Shown here: positions 39,223-50,300 of the stretch, one piece after another
Numbering within the stretch: the stretch's first letter is position 1
Layout of the letters: each line of letters begins with the position of its first letter
From: an uncultured delta proteobacterium
GTDB taxonomy: Bacteria > Myxococcota_A > UBA9160 > SZUA-336
Direction: 5' to 3'
Length of the DNA stretch: 64,000 bases
Assembly: GCA_963704165.1 (NCBI GenBank)
Contig: CAVPHD010000004.1
Coordinates: 512,001-576,000, forward strand
The notes under the pieces: model-generated
What the model was told of the DNA's origin: nothing
What the model saw: the letters and a program-made list of their open reading frames with translations, nothing else
The model's database searches: none
Position numbers and translations under genes: made by a program

Positions 39223-40662
39223 AGCCGCCGAGCACCTCCGAGATCCGCTTGCCGAGATCGAGCGTCGTGCGGTCCTCGAGGTAGGGCCCCGCGATCTGCA
39301 AGCCGACGGGCAGGTTCTCGCGCGTGCGACCGGCGGGGACCACCGTCGCGGGCAGCTTGCACATCGTCACCGGCGCGATCCAGCCGAACAGATCGGTGTA
39401 GGGGCGCTTCTCCGCAGTTCACCGTGATCGTGCGGGTCGTGAACGGACCGTCGTGCTGGTGCGGGATCGCCGCGACCTGATTCACCGGCAGGAGCAGCGC
39501 GTCGTAGCCCGCCGAAGAACTCGGCGAAGCGCGCGCGCATCGCCTCGCGCTGCTCGTGGGCTGCGAGCCACTCGTGATGGGTTGCTGCCGTCGTGCGCGC
39601 GGTGAAGATCATCTCGGAGTCGTCGTCGGGAGCCGCGTTCGCGGCGAGCTCGCGCAGGCTCTCGGATCGCGTCGGCGGGGAAGCTCGCGCCCATGACCGG
39701 CATGAGCAGCCGCTGATAGGCTGCGCACCGCCTCGCGCAGGCCGAACGGCGGGCGCGCGCGCTCGTCGATCCTGGCACCGGCGCGGCGCAGCTTCTCGAT
39801 CGCCTCGGCGTGGACCCGCTTCACTTCGGCATCGACGGGGTAGTCGGCGTCGTCGAGCCAGGCCGCGATGCGGTACTCGGAGAGGGTCGCGCGCCGCGGC
39901 TTCGGCAGCTCGAGCCGCCAGCCCTTCGACTCCGGGTCGCTCGCGCCGGCGAGCACGCCGAGCGCGAGCTCGAGATCCTCGACGCAGCGCGCGATCGGCC
40001 CGTGCACGTTCAGATCGGGCTCGGCGAACGATCCGGGCGGAAAGGGAATGTGCCCGCGCTGCGGGATGATCCCGTAGCTCGGCTTGTGCCCGAAGACGCC
40101 GCTCCAGTGCGACGGCACGCGGATCGATCCGCCGATGTCGGAGCCGAGCTCGAGCGCGGTGAAACCCGCGGCGACGGCCGCCGCGGCGCCGCCGGAGGAT
40201 CCGCCGGGCGTGCGCTCGAGGTTCCACGGGTTGCGCGTGGTGGGGAAGAGCTCGTTGTAGCTCTGCCAGTCGCTGGTCATGTACGGCGTGTTGGTCTTGC
40301 CGAAGACGATCGCTCCCGCGCCGCGCAGCCGCGCGACCGCGACCGCATCGCGCGCGGGAACGTGCTCCGCGAGCTCCGGCGCTCCGCAGGTCGTGCGGAT
40401 CCCCTCGGTCTCGAAGCTGTCCTTGATCGTGATCGGAAGCCCGTGCAGCACTCCGACCGCGCGCCCCTGCGCGAGCTCGCGATCGGCCTCGTCCGGCCTG
40501 CGCGCGCGCTCGCTCGGCGTCGACCGTGACGACCGCGTGGATCTTCGGATCGAGCTTCGCGACCCGCGCGAGCGCGCGCTCGAGCAGGTCGCGGCTCTTG
40601 AGCTCGCCGCTGCGCAGGCGCGTACAGAGGTCGGTGGCGGTGCGGAACTCGAGCTCGCTCAT
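39200..40662 (-). CDS. Amidase signature family protein, frameshifted as assembled
   Basis: GLPITIKD, GKTN, PGGSSGG, GSDIGGSIR, LPVGLQI across several frames. Confidence 0.85.
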
Positions 40663-40757
40663 CGAAAATCCCTCGTTGGCCTCGGGCGTCGGGCATCGTA
40701 CCATGCACCCCGTCGGGGCAGAGCGACCGGAGGCAGAGTTGGGCAAGCTCGGAAGCG

Positions 40758-41129
40758 TTGACGCGGAGCATCCGCGTGAAGGTCGCGTCGAAGTACGTGC
40801 CGGAACGATCGCGCCCGATGATGAACGAGTACTTCTTCGCGTACTCGATCCAGATCTCGAACGAGGGTCGCGAGACGGTGCAGCTGATCTCGCGCTTCTG
40901 GCGGATCACGGACGCCGAAGGCCACATCGAGGAGGTGCGTGGGCCTGGCGTGGTCGGTGAACAGCCGGTGCTCGGACCCGGCGACGCGTTCGAGTACACA
41001 TCTGCGTGTCCCCTGGTGACGCCGTTCGGCTCGATGAGCGGCACCTACCAGATGGTGACGGACTCGGGAGAGAGCTTCGATGCGGTGGTGGGGCTCTTCG
41101 AGCTCGCCGAGCCCTACGCGATCAACTAG
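40758..41129 (+). CDS. apaG: ApaG protein
   Basis: QLISRFWRITD, GPGVVGEQP, YTS, GSMSGTY; true start is probably TTG 40739 with one extra G. Confidence 0.92.
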   Translation: MTRSIRVKVASKYVPERSRPMMNEYFFAYSIQISNEGRETVQLISRFWRITDAEGHIEEVRGPGVVGEQPVLGPGDAFEYTSACPLVTPFGSMSGTYQMVTDSGESFDAVVGLFELAEPYAIN

Positions 41130-41173
41130 GCAAGGCGGCGATCCGATCGCCGGATGGAAGGGGAGGAGCGGAA

Positions 41174-43268
41174 TTGACCGATCGCACGGTTCACACGTTC
41201 TGCCGGGTTTGCGAGCCCGCCTGCGGGCTGCTGGCATCGGTGCGTGACGGCCGGCTCGAGTCGCTGCGTCCAGACCCGGAGCATCCGGTGACGCGCGGCT
41301 TCGCGTGCAACAAGGGTCTGGCCGGCGTCGAGATCCACCACGACCCCGACCGACTGAATCATCCGCTGCGCCGTCGCGCGAACGGACGGACTCGAGCGCA
41401 TCTCCTGGGACGACGCGACGTCGGAAATCGCAACGCGACTGCGCGAGATCATCGCCAAGCACGGCCCCGACGCGGTCGCCTCCTACATCGGCAATCCGAG
41501 CGCGTTCAATGCGCAGCTCGGTCCGGCCGCGGGAGCGTTCTTCACCCAGCTCGGTACTCGGCGATCGTTCAGCTCGGGTACACAGGACTGTGCCAACAAG
41601 TTCGCTGGCAGCGAGGCGGTCTTCGGGTCGACCACGATCCACCCGATTCCGGACCTCGAGCACACCGACTTGCTGCTCGTCTTCGGCGCGAACCCGCGCG
41701 TGTCGCACGGCAGCTTCATCTCGATCGCCGACCCGGCGCGCGCCCTCAAGAACGCACGAGGGCGCGGCGCCCGGATCCGCTTCGTGAACCCGCGCGAGAC
41801 CGAGTCGGCCGAGCCGGGAGAGACGATCCTGATCCGTCCCGACACGGACGTGTACTTGATGGCGGCGCTGCTGCACGAGCTCGATCGCATCGGCGCCTTC
41901 GACTCGGCCGTGCTCGACGCGCACGGGGCGAACGTCGCCGGAATGCGCGAGTTCATCGCGCGCCATCCGGCCGAGCGCGCCTCTCGCGTCACGGGCGTTC
42001 CCGCGCAGGCCGTGCGCGAGCTGGCGCGCGAGATCGCAGCTTCGCGGAGCTGTTCGGTGCACCTCTCGACGGGCGTGAACATGGGAAGACAGGGGACGCT
42101 CGGCTACTGGCTCGGGCACATGCTCTCGTTCGCGACCGGCAACCTCGATCGGCGCGGCGGGAACATCCTCTCGGTGGGATTCTACGAGGCCGCGAAGGCC
42201 GGTCGGCGCGGATTCGAGAGCTCCTTCTCCGACACCGAATTCGGTCGGCTGCGGAAGGGCGCACTGCCCGGCAACCTGCTCTCGCACGCGATCCTCGACG
42301 CCGAGAACCCGGTGCGCGCCCTCTTCGTCGTCGCGGGAAATCCGCTGCTCTCGATCGCCGGCGAAGCGCGCCTGCGAGAGGCCTTCGGATCGCTCGACCT
42401 GCTCGTCTGCATCGATCTGTATCCGAACGCGACGGGCGAGTACGCCGACTATTTGCTGCCGTCGACCGACATGTTCGAGCGCGCGGACGTGAACATCACC
42501 GGACTCGGTCTTCAGCACGAGCCGTGGATCCAGTGGAGCGACGCCGTCGTCCCCGCGCAGGCGGAGCGGCGCGAGGAGTGGTGGATCCTCGCGCGGCTCT
42601 CGCAGGCGCTCGGCTTGAAGTCCGCGCTCGACGCGGGCCCCGATCCCGACCTGTGGGGCCGGATCGATCACATGCTGAAGACGCGCGGCCACTCGCTGGC
42701 GGAGCTCCGCGCGACGCCGCACGGCATCGTCTTCGAGCCCCTGACACCGGGGAGCTTCTACGAGAAGCAGATTCAGACGCCCGACCACCGCGTCGATTGC
42801 TGTCCGCCCGCGTTCGCCGACGCGCTCGAACGCGCCGAGCGGATCTTCGTCGAGCTCGAAGGCGAGGGGCTCGCGCGCCTGAAGCTGATCACGCTCCGCG
42901 ACCCGTACATGCACAACAGCTGGTACGCGAACGTCGCGAAGATGAAGCGCGGGAGCCGCGATCGGAACCGGCTTCACGTGAACCCGGAGGACGCGGCCGC
43001 TCGCTCGCTCGCGAACGGCGCGAAGGCGCGGATCTGGAACGAGAACGGCGCGCTCGAGCTCGAGGTCGAATGCGACTCGACGCTGATGCGCGGTGTGGTG
43101 GCGCTGGTCCACGGCTGGGGAAATCAGAGCACGCCGGGCATGCGGCTCGCGGCGCGAACGCCGGGCGTGAACGCGAACGCGCTGCTTCCGATCGGCCCGG
43201 ATTCCTTCGAGCCACTCTCCAGCCAGGCCTTCATGACGGGCATCCCGGTCGAGCTGGCCCCGCTCTAG
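41174..43268 (+). CDS. Molybdopterin-dependent oxidoreductase, frameshifted near 41390
   Basis: CRVCEPAC...CNKG Fe-S motif, GANP, AGNP, HNSW, C-terminal cofactor-binding domain. Confidence 0.88.
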
Positions 43269-43284
43269 CGCGCTCCGAGCGGGC

Positions 43285-43324
43285 TTGCGGCGAAAACTGA
43301 ATACGATCATAATTGATCGCGTTC
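43285..43324 (+). promoter_or_regulatory. Sigma70 promoter with palindromic TetR-type operator
   Basis: TTGCGG-N17-CATAAT overlapped by GAA-ta-CGATCA-taat-TGATCG-cg-TTC (43299-43324). Confidence 0.7.
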
Positions 43325-43336
43325 GGGGAGGTTCGA

Positions 43337-43991
43337 ATGCCTGAAGCCGCGGTCGGCCTGCGGGAGCGGAACAAGCGCGAGAAGCTCGAGCGGATCACCG
43401 CTTCGGCGCGCGAGCTCTTCCGCTCGAAGGGCTTCGACGAGACGACCGCGCGCGAGATCTGCGAACGCGCGCGGATCGGCACGGGCACGCTCTTCCTCTA
43501 CGTTCGCGACAAGCGCGAGCTGCTCTTCCTGTGCTTCGAGGCCGACGCGCGGCGCCTGTTCGCGGAGGGTCGGGCGGAGGCCGTGCGTACCGTCGGCCTC
43601 GTGCCCCAACTGATGTGCCTGTTCCGCCGCTTCATCGGCGTACTACGCCGACGACCCCGCGCTCTCGAAGGCGATCGTTCGCGAGCTCTTCTTCCGACCG
43701 CACGAACCCGAAGGCATCGGCCGGCTCACGCTGGAGTATTCGGATCACGTCGCGGAACTCGTGCTCGGCGCACAGAAGCGCTTCGAGATCCGCAACGACG
43801 TCGAGCCCGAAGCTGCCGCGATGGCCTTCTACGCGCACTACGCGTTCTGGATTCTCGGCTGGCTCGGCAGCGAGATGCTTCGAGTCGAGAGCGTGGAACC
43901 GGGCCTTCGGCGGGCGCTCGAGCTCCAGCTCGAGGGACTCGCCACCGCCCGCCCCGCAGGAACGCGCAAGAGCGCCGGGAAGAGCAGATAG
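43337..43991 (+). CDS. TetR/AcrR family transcriptional regulator, frameshifted near 43640
   Basis: LRERNKREK...GFDETT...GTGTLFLY...DKREL HTH; C-domain continues in another frame to TAG 43991. Confidence 0.88.
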
Positions 43992-44055
43992 GCATCTCTG
44001 GATCTCGACCCGTTCGGAGATCCATCGGTCGCGCGGGCTAGAATGCGCGCGCTCG

Positions 44056-46227
44056 ATGGGGGTCCCGAAGGCGCGCTCTTGGCTCGTGGCCGCGCTCGCG
44101 CTCTGCGTGTGCGCGCTTGCCGCCGTGCGCGCGCAGGCAGACGCATCGATCTCGGCCTCGCGCATCTCGATCCCACCCGTGATCGACGGCCGGCTCGACG
44201 ACGAAGCCTGGCGGTCGGCGGGTCGGAGCGACGCGTTTCGCGAGGTCGACCCGATCGAGGGCGGAGCGCCGAGGCAGCGGACCGAGGTCTGGGTCGCGTA
44301 CGACGACGAAGCGGTCTACGTCGCCGTGCGCTGTCACGACACCGATCCCGGAGGCATCGTCGCGAAGACGCTGCTCCCCGACGTGGACATGCGCTCCGAC
44401 GACCGCGTGAACTTCGTCTTCGACACGTTTCACGACTCGCGCAACGGCTACTTCTTCCAGATCAACCCGGTGAGCGCGCGCTCCGACGCGCTGATCGAGA
44501 ACAACGCGATCTTCCGGCGAGAGTGGGACACGATCTGGTACGGGCAGGCGCGGGTCGACGCCGGCGGATGGAGCGCCGAGATCGCGATTCCGTTCCAGAG
44601 CCTGACGTTCCGGCCCGACGATCCGGTCTGGGGCTTCGAGGTCGAGCGCATCGTGCGCCGCGACAGTCAGAAGATCCGCTGGGCGAATCACTCGCAGAAC
44701 CACTTGATCACCAACGTCGCCGGAATCGGCCGGATCGAAGGGCTCGAGGGTGTGTCGGGAACGGGTCTCGACCTGAAGCCGACGTATCGTGCGGGACTCG
44801 ACCGCAGGTACGACTCCGGCGACGACGACTGGCTCGGACGGCCCGGCCTCGACGTCTTCTACAAGCCGACCTCGTCGATCACCACGGTCGCGACGTTCAA
44901 CACCGACTTCTCGGACACGCCCGAGGATCTGCGCCAGACGAACCTCACGCGTTTTCCGATCTTCACCCCCGAGACGCGTGACTTCTTCCTGCAGGACGCG
45001 GGGATCTTCGACTTCGCCGGCATCATCGACAACGGCCGCCCGTTCTTCTCGCGCCGGATCGGAATCGTTCCGGGTGAGGTCGCTCCGATCGACGCAGGCC
45101 TGAAGGCGACGGGCCGCGTCGGTGAACTGAACTTCGGCGCGCTCTCGGTCATGACCGCCCCCACCGGAGCGTACGACCGCGAGAGCCTGACGGTGGCGCG
45201 CGCGAGCTTGAACTTCCTGGGCGAGTCGTCGGTGGGCACCGTCCTGACGCGCGGCGACCCGACGTCGCGCGACTCGGACACCGTGAGCGGAATCGATCTG
45301 CGCCTGCGCGACTCGGAGTTCCAGGGCTCGAAGATCATCGCGGCGGATTTCTTCGCGCTGCGCGCGGGAACGGGCGCGAAGGAGCACGCGTACGGCGCGC
45401 GACTCGACTACCCGAACGACAAGGTGAATTTCGGGCTCGGCTACCAGTGGTTGGGCGACGAGTACGATCCGCCGCTCGGCTTCGCGCCGCGCGTGGGCGT
45501 GCAGTCCTGGATCGGTCGCTACCGGCAGCGCTGGCGCCCGAGTAACACGATCCTGCGCACGATCGACACCGGCTTCACCGGGTTCATGTTCACCGGGCTC
45601 GACGGAAAACGTCAGTCGACGAGCATCCTGATCACCCCGCTCGACCTCACGAGCAACGACGAGGACCGGGTGTACTTCGGCTACCTGATCCGCGAGGAGA
45701 GACTCGAGGCGCCCTCGACCTTCTTCACCGACTCTCTCGTCCCCGCCGGGGACTACGACTTCCAACGCTGGGTCGTTCACGCGGAGACCTCGCTCGGTCG
45801 CCCGGTCGCGGGAATCTTCGAGCTGATCTGGGGTCCGTTCTACGACGGCACGCTCTACGCCTGGCTCGCGCGCGTCGAGCTCCGGCCGTCCCCGCATCTC
45901 TTCTTCTCGCTCGAGTACCGGCAGAACGACGGCCGTCTCGAGCCGCGGACCGGTCCGGGTGGCGAGCGTTACGACGGGAACTTCACCGACCGGCTCGCGA
46001 TCGCGAATCTCGCCTTCGCGTTCACGGAATCGATCTCGTGGACGAACCTCGTGCAGTACGACAACGCCTCGAAGACGGTCGGCGTCAACAGTCGTCTGCG
46101 CTGGGAGGTCGAGTCGGGGAGGGACCTCTACCTGATCTGGAACAACGGATGGAACGCGGACCACGAGCACGTCCGCCCGCTCGTCACGCAAGCGTTCGTG
46201 AAGATCGCCTGGACGTTCCGCTTCTAG
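44056..46227 (+). CDS. Secreted CBM9-like/DUF5916 protein, probable outer-membrane beta-barrel C-terminus
   Basis: Signal peptide (AQA), PVIDGRLDD, AEIAIPF, NTDFS, ETRDFF, FFSRRIG, terminal WTFRF. Confidence 0.82.
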   Translation: MGVPKARSWLVAALALCVCALAAVRAQADASISASRISIPPVIDGRLDDEAWRSAGRSDAFREVDPIEGGAPRQRTEVWVAYDDEAVYVAVRCHDTDPGGIVAKTLLPDVDMRSDDRVNFVFDTFHDSRNGYFFQINPVSARSDALIENNAIFRREWDTIWYGQARVDAGGWSAEIAIPFQSLTFRPDDPVWGFEVERIVRRDSQKIRWANHSQNHLITNVAGIGRIEGLEGVSGTGLDLKPTYRAGLDRRYDSGDDDWLGRPGLDVFYKPTSSITTVATFNTDFSDTPEDLRQTNLTRFPIFTPETRDFFLQDAGIFDFAGIIDNGRPFFSRRIGIVPGEVAPIDAGLKATGRVGELNFGALSVMTAPTGAYDRESLTVARASLNFLGESSVGTVLTRGDPTSRDSDTVSGIDLRLRDSEFQGSKIIAADFFALRAGTGAKEHAYGARLDYPNDKVNFGLGYQWLGDEYDPPLGFAPRVGVQSWIGRYRQRWRPSNTILRTIDTGFTGFMFTGLDGKRQSTSILITPLDLTSNDEDRVYFGYLIREERLEAPSTFFTDSLVPAGDYDFQRWVVHAETSLGRPVAGIFELIWGPFYDGTLYAWLARVELRPSPHLFFSLEYRQNDGRLEPRTGPGGERYDGNFTDRLAIANLAFAFTESISWTNLVQYDNASKTVGVNSRLRWEVESGRDLYLIWNNGWNADHEHVRPLVTQAFVKIAWTFRF

Positions 46228-46230
46228 CTT

Positions 46231-47904
46231 CTAGTGGATCAGCTGCTTGAAACGCATGCGATGCGGCTGGTCCGCGTCGGTGCCTTTGCGGCGGTGCAGG
46301 TCGGCTTCGTACTCCTGGTAGTTCCCCTCGAAGAACTCGACGTGGCTCTCGCCCTCGAACGCGAGCATGTGGGTCGCGATGCGGTCGAGGAACCAGCGGT
46401 CGTGGGAGATCACGACGACGCAGCCCGCGAAGCCGAGCAACGCTTCTTCGAGCGCGCGCAGGGTGTCGACGTCGAGGTCGTTCGTCGGCTCGTCGAGCAG
46501 GAGCACGTTGCCGCCCTCGCGCAGCGTGCGCGCGAGGTGGAGGCGGTTGCGCTCGCCGCCCGAGAGCATCGAGACGCGCTTCTGCTGGTCGGGCCCCTTG
46601 AATCCGAAGCTCCCCACGTACGCGCGGCTCGGCAGCTCGCGGCTTCCGACCTTCATCTTCTCCTCGCCGCCGCTGATCGCCTCGAAGACCGTCTTCTTCG
46701 GGTCGAGATCGGAGCGCGACTGATCGACGTAGGCGAGCTTCACCGTTTCGCCGAGGCGGATCGCGCCGGAGTCGGGCTTCTCGCTGCCGGTGATCATGCG
46801 GAAGAGCGTCGTCTTGCCGGCGCCGTTTCCGCCGATCACTCCGACGATGCCGCCCGGTGGAAGCTCGAAGGAGAGATCGTCGATCAGGAGCAGATCGCCG
46901 TATCCCTTCGAGAGATGCTCGGCTTCGATCACCACGTCGCCGAGGCGCGGTCCGGGCGGGATCGCGATCTCGACCGTCTCGGGCGCGCGGTTGGCTTCCT
47001 CCGCGCGCAGCTTCTCGAACGCGGAGAGCCGCGCCTTGCTCTTCGCCTGCCGCGCACGCGGCGCCATCTGCACCCACTCGAGTTCGCGCTGCAGCGTCCG
47101 TTGGCGCGCCGTCGAGCGCTTCTCCTCGACCTCGAGGCGCTTCTGCTTCTGCTCGAGCCAGGAGCTGTAGTTGCCCTTGTACGGGATTCCACGGCCGCGA
47201 TCGAGCTCGAGGATCCAGCCGGCGACGTTGTCGAGGAAGTAGCGATCGTGCGTGACGGCGACGACCGTGCCCGGGTACTCGTGCAGGAAGCGCTCGAGCC
47301 AGGCGACCGACTCGGCGTCGAGATGATTGGTCGGCTCGTCGAGCAGGAGCAGGTCGGGCTTCTGGAGCAGGAGCCGGCAGAGCGCGACGCGCCGCCGCTC
47401 GCCACCCGAGAGCGTACGCACTTCGGCGTCACCCGGCGGGACGCGAAGCGCGTCCATCGCGACTTCGAGCGTGCGGTCGAGCTCCCACGCGTTCACCGCC
47501 TCGATCTGGTCCTGGAGCTTCGCCTGCTCCTCGATCAGCGCGTTCATCTCGTCGTCGTCGAGAGGCTCGGAAAAACGCGCGGAGACCTCTTCGAAGCGCT
47601 GGAGCAGGGCGCGTGTCGGGGCGACACCTTCCTCGACGACGCCGAGCACGGTCTTGGACTCGTCGAGGACCGGCTCCTGCGCGAGATAGCCGATGCGAAG
47701 GCCCTCGGCCGGGCGCGCGACGCCGACGAACTCGGGGTCGAGCCCCGCCATGATCTTGAGCAGCGTGCTCTTGCCCGAGCCGTTGTGTCCGAGCACGCCG
47801 ATCTTCGCGCCCGGCAGGAACGAGAGCGAGATCTGATCGAGCAGGATGCGATCGGGCGGGACGACCTTGCGCAGATCCTCCATCACGAAGACGAACTCGG
47901 GCAC
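46231..47904 (-). CDS. ettA: Energy-dependent translational throttle protein EttA (ABC-F)
   Basis: Two ABC domains, [27 protein letters not shown]. Confidence 0.95.
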   Translation of the reverse strand: MPEFVFVMEDLRKVVPPDRILLDQISLSFLPGAKIGVLGHNGSGKSTLLKIMAGLDPEFVGVARPAEGLRIGYLAQEPVLDESKTVLGVVEEGVAPTRALLQRFEEVSARFSEPLDDDEMNALIEEQAKLQDQIEAVNAWELDRTLEVAMDALRVPPGDAEVRTLSGGERRRVALCRLLLQKPDLLLLDEPTNHLDAESVAWLERFLHEYPGTVVAVTHDRYFLDNVAGWILELDRGRGIPYKGNYSSWLEQKQKRLEVEEKRSTARQRTLQRELEWVQMAPRARQAKSKARLSAFEKLRAEEANRAPETVEIAIPPGPRLGDVVIEAEHLSKGYGDLLLIDDLSFELPPGGIVGVIGGNGAGKTTLFRMITGSEKPDSGAIRLGETVKLAYVDQSRSDLDPKKTVFEAISGGEEKMKVGSRELPSRAYVGSFGFKGPDQQKRVSMLSGGERNRLHLARTLREGGNVLLLDEPTNDLDVDTLRALEEALLGFAGCVVVISHDRWFLDRIATHMLAFEGESHVEFFEGNYQEYEADLHRRKGTDADQPHRMRFKQLIH

Positions 47905-47963
47905 GGGCGACTCCTCGGGTCGGGGCCGCGGAATATAACCGGGGCGCTACTTTTCGCCGAGCG

Positions 47964-49034
47964 TCAGCTGGCCCAGCCGCGCATGCGCGCGGCCTGATCG
48001 CGCAGAAGCTCCGGGCCGCCGAGCAGCTGGCGCGACAGCGCGACGCGCCGGAACCACAGGTGCAGGTCGTACTGCTCTGTGAAGCCGATCCCGCCGTGGA
48101 CCTCCGTCGCCTTGCGCAGGATTTCCGAGGCGACCTCGGAGAGGTGCGCCTTCGTCAGCGTCGCGAGCCGCACCGCCTCTTCGGGATCGTGATCGAAGGC
48201 GTGCGCGCCGTACCACGCGAGCGAGCGGGCGGGTTCGAGCTCGGCGGCGATCTCGGAGAGCATGTGCTTCACCGCCTGGAAGGAGCCGATCACGCGGCCG
48301 AACTGCTTGCGCTCCATGGCGTAGGCGAGGGACAGCTCGAGCGCGCGCGTGCAGCAGCCGAGCGAATCGAAGGCGAGGGCGAGTCGGCCCGCGGCGAGCA
48401 TGCGCGTCGGGTTTTCGAGCACGGCCATCGACTCGACGCCGTGGAAGCGGAGCTCGGCGATCCTCCGCGTGCGATCGACGCTGTCGAGCGGAACGATTTC
48501 GACGCCGCTCGAAGCCGCCGGGACGATCGCGACCCCGCCCGTGCAGTGCACGAGCAGCCGGTCCGCACCGACGGCGTCGAGCGCGAAGAGCGCGCTGCCC
48601 ACGAGGCGCCCGCGCTCGAGTCGGACCCCGGCTCCGTCGCGGGCGGCGTAGCTCTCGGCGAGCGCGACTCCGAAGCGCGTCCGTCCGGCGGCGATCTCGG
48701 GCAGGAGTTCCTTGGCCAGCGGCTCGGAGCCGCCGTCGCGAATCCCGATCGCGGCGACGACGCCGGTGGCGACGAACGTCGCCGGGGCGGCGGCGCGACC
48801 GAGCTCCTCCGCGACCAGCATCGCGTCGAGAAAGGACAGGTCGTTCCCGCCGTGTGCCTCGGGCACGAGCGTTCCGAACACGCCGAGCTCGCAGAGCTGG
48901 GCGTGGAGATTCGCATCGTGCCCGACTGCGGAGTGGGAGACTTCTCTCGCCCGCGTCGTCGGATACGCGTCCTCGAGCAGCCGCCGAACCGTCTCCTGCA
49001 GAAGTCGCTGCTCGTCCGACAATCCGAAGTCCAT
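47964..49034 (-). CDS. Acyl-CoA dehydrogenase family protein (short, beta-subunit-like)
   Basis: MDFGLSDEQ, RKQFGRVIGSFQAVKH, HGGIGFT. Confidence 0.9.
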   Translation of the reverse strand: MDFGLSDEQRLLQETVRRLLEDAYPTTRAREVSHSAVGHDANLHAQLCELGVFGTLVPEAHGGNDLSFLDAMLVAEELGRAAAPATFVATGVVAAIGIRDGGSEPLAKELLPEIAAGRTRFGVALAESYAARDGAGVRLERGRLVGSALFALDAVGADRLLVHCTGGVAIVPAASSGVEIVPLDSVDRTRRIAELRFHGVESMAVLENPTRMLAAGRLALAFDSLGCCTRALELSLAYAMERKQFGRVIGSFQAVKHMLSEIAAELEPARSLAWYGAHAFDHDPEEAVRLATLTKAHLSEVASEILRKATEVHGGIGFTEQYDLHLWFRRVALSRQLLGGPELLRDQAARMRGWAS

Positions 49035-49036
49035 CG

Positions 49037-50230
49037 TCAGGCCGCCTTCGGCTCGCGCGGCAGCCCGAGGCCCCGCTCGCCGATGATGTTTTTCTGGATC
49101 TGCGCGGTGCCGCCGCCGATGATCAAGCCGAGCGAGAACATCCACTGCCACGGCCAGCCGCCGCGCGCGCGTTCGTGCGGGGTTCCGCGGACGAGAGGAC
49201 CGAGCTCGCCGAGCACGTCGAGCGCGAGCGCCGCGATCTGGTGATTCAGCTCGCAGCCGCGAAGCTTCACGATCAGCCCCGCGACACCCGGACTTTCGCC
49301 GCGGAGCCCGCAGGTCAAGAGACGGAGCGCGTGGTACTTCATCGCCAGCACGTTCGCTTCCAGTCGGACCAGGCGATCGCGCAGCACCGGGGATTCGATC
49401 GCGCTCCTCGAGTTGATGGTCTCCTGATTCATCAGGGCCACGAGCGAAGCGAACAACGATTCGGTCTGCGTGGTGCTGCCGAGCATGTTCCGCTCGTGTC
49501 GCAGCGTGGTGTTGCCGATCTTCCAGCCCTCGCCGCGCCTTCCGACCAGCGACGACTTCGGGACCCGCACGTTCGTGAAGAACACCTCGTTGAACTCGGC
49601 GTTCCCCGTCAGCGTGTGCAGAGGTCGCACCTCGATTCCCGGCGTGCTCATCGGGAACACCAGGTAGGAGATGCCTTCGTGCTTTCGCGCCTCGGGCTCG
49701 GTGCGCACCAGCGCGAACATCATCTTCGACTCGCGGGCGGTCGAGGTCCAGATCTTCTGGCCGTTGATCACGAAGTCGTCGCCGTCTTCGACCGCGCGGG
49801 TCTGCAGCGACGCGAGGTCGGAGCCCGAGCCCGGCTCGCTGTACCCCTGACACCAGACCATCTCGCCGCGGATCGTCGGTCCCACGTAGGCGCGCTTCTG
49901 CTCCTCGGAGCCGTGCTCGAGCAACGTCGGTACGAGCATCGAGACGCCCTGATTGCCGATGCCGCGCGAGACTCCGGCGCGGGCGAACTCCTCGTCGATG
50001 ATGATCGACTTCAGCATGTCGGGCTCCGCGCCGTACCCCCCGTACGCCTTGGGAATCGTGCGCCCGGCGTAGCCGTTCTCGATCAAGAGGCGCTGCCACG
50101 CGAGCGTGCTCATGGGCGAGCCGACCGCGCCTCCGATCGCCGCGCTCGGTGCGCCCTCCGCGTGCGCGTCGAGAAACGCGCGTACTTCGGACCGGAACGA
50201 CTCGTACTCGGGTCCGTACTCGAGGTCCAT
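49037..50230 (-). CDS. Acyl-CoA dehydrogenase family protein
   Basis: WCQGYSEPGSGSDLASL, NGQKIWTS, FNEVFF, IGGGTAQIQKNII. Confidence 0.92.
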   Translation of the reverse strand: MDLEYGPEYESFRSEVRAFLDAHAEGAPSAAIGGAVGSPMSTLAWQRLLIENGYAGRTIPKAYGGYGAEPDMLKSIIIDEEFARAGVSRGIGNQGVSMLVPTLLEHGSEEQKRAYVGPTIRGEMVWCQGYSEPGSGSDLASLQTRAVEDGDDFVINGQKIWTSTARESKMMFALVRTEPEARKHEGISYLVFPMSTPGIEVRPLHTLTGNAEFNEVFFTNVRVPKSSLVGRRGEGWKIGNTTLRHERNMLGSTTQTESLFASLVALMNQETINSRSAIESPVLRDRLVRLEANVLAMKYHALRLLTCGLRGESPGVAGLIVKLRGCELNHQIAALALDVLGELGPLVRGTPHERARGGWPWQWMFSLGLIIGGGTAQIQKNIIGERGLGLPREPKAA

Positions 50231-50300
50231 GGGGGCTCCTTCGCGGCCATTATCGTTGCTGGCACCGCGCACTGTCCAACGCCCGCTACACTCGCAGCCG

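Noticed and set aside
34600..43700. Programmed frameshifting or phase variation as the cause of the broken genes
   Set aside because: No slippery heptamers or long simple repeats seen at the breaks; too many unrelated genes affected
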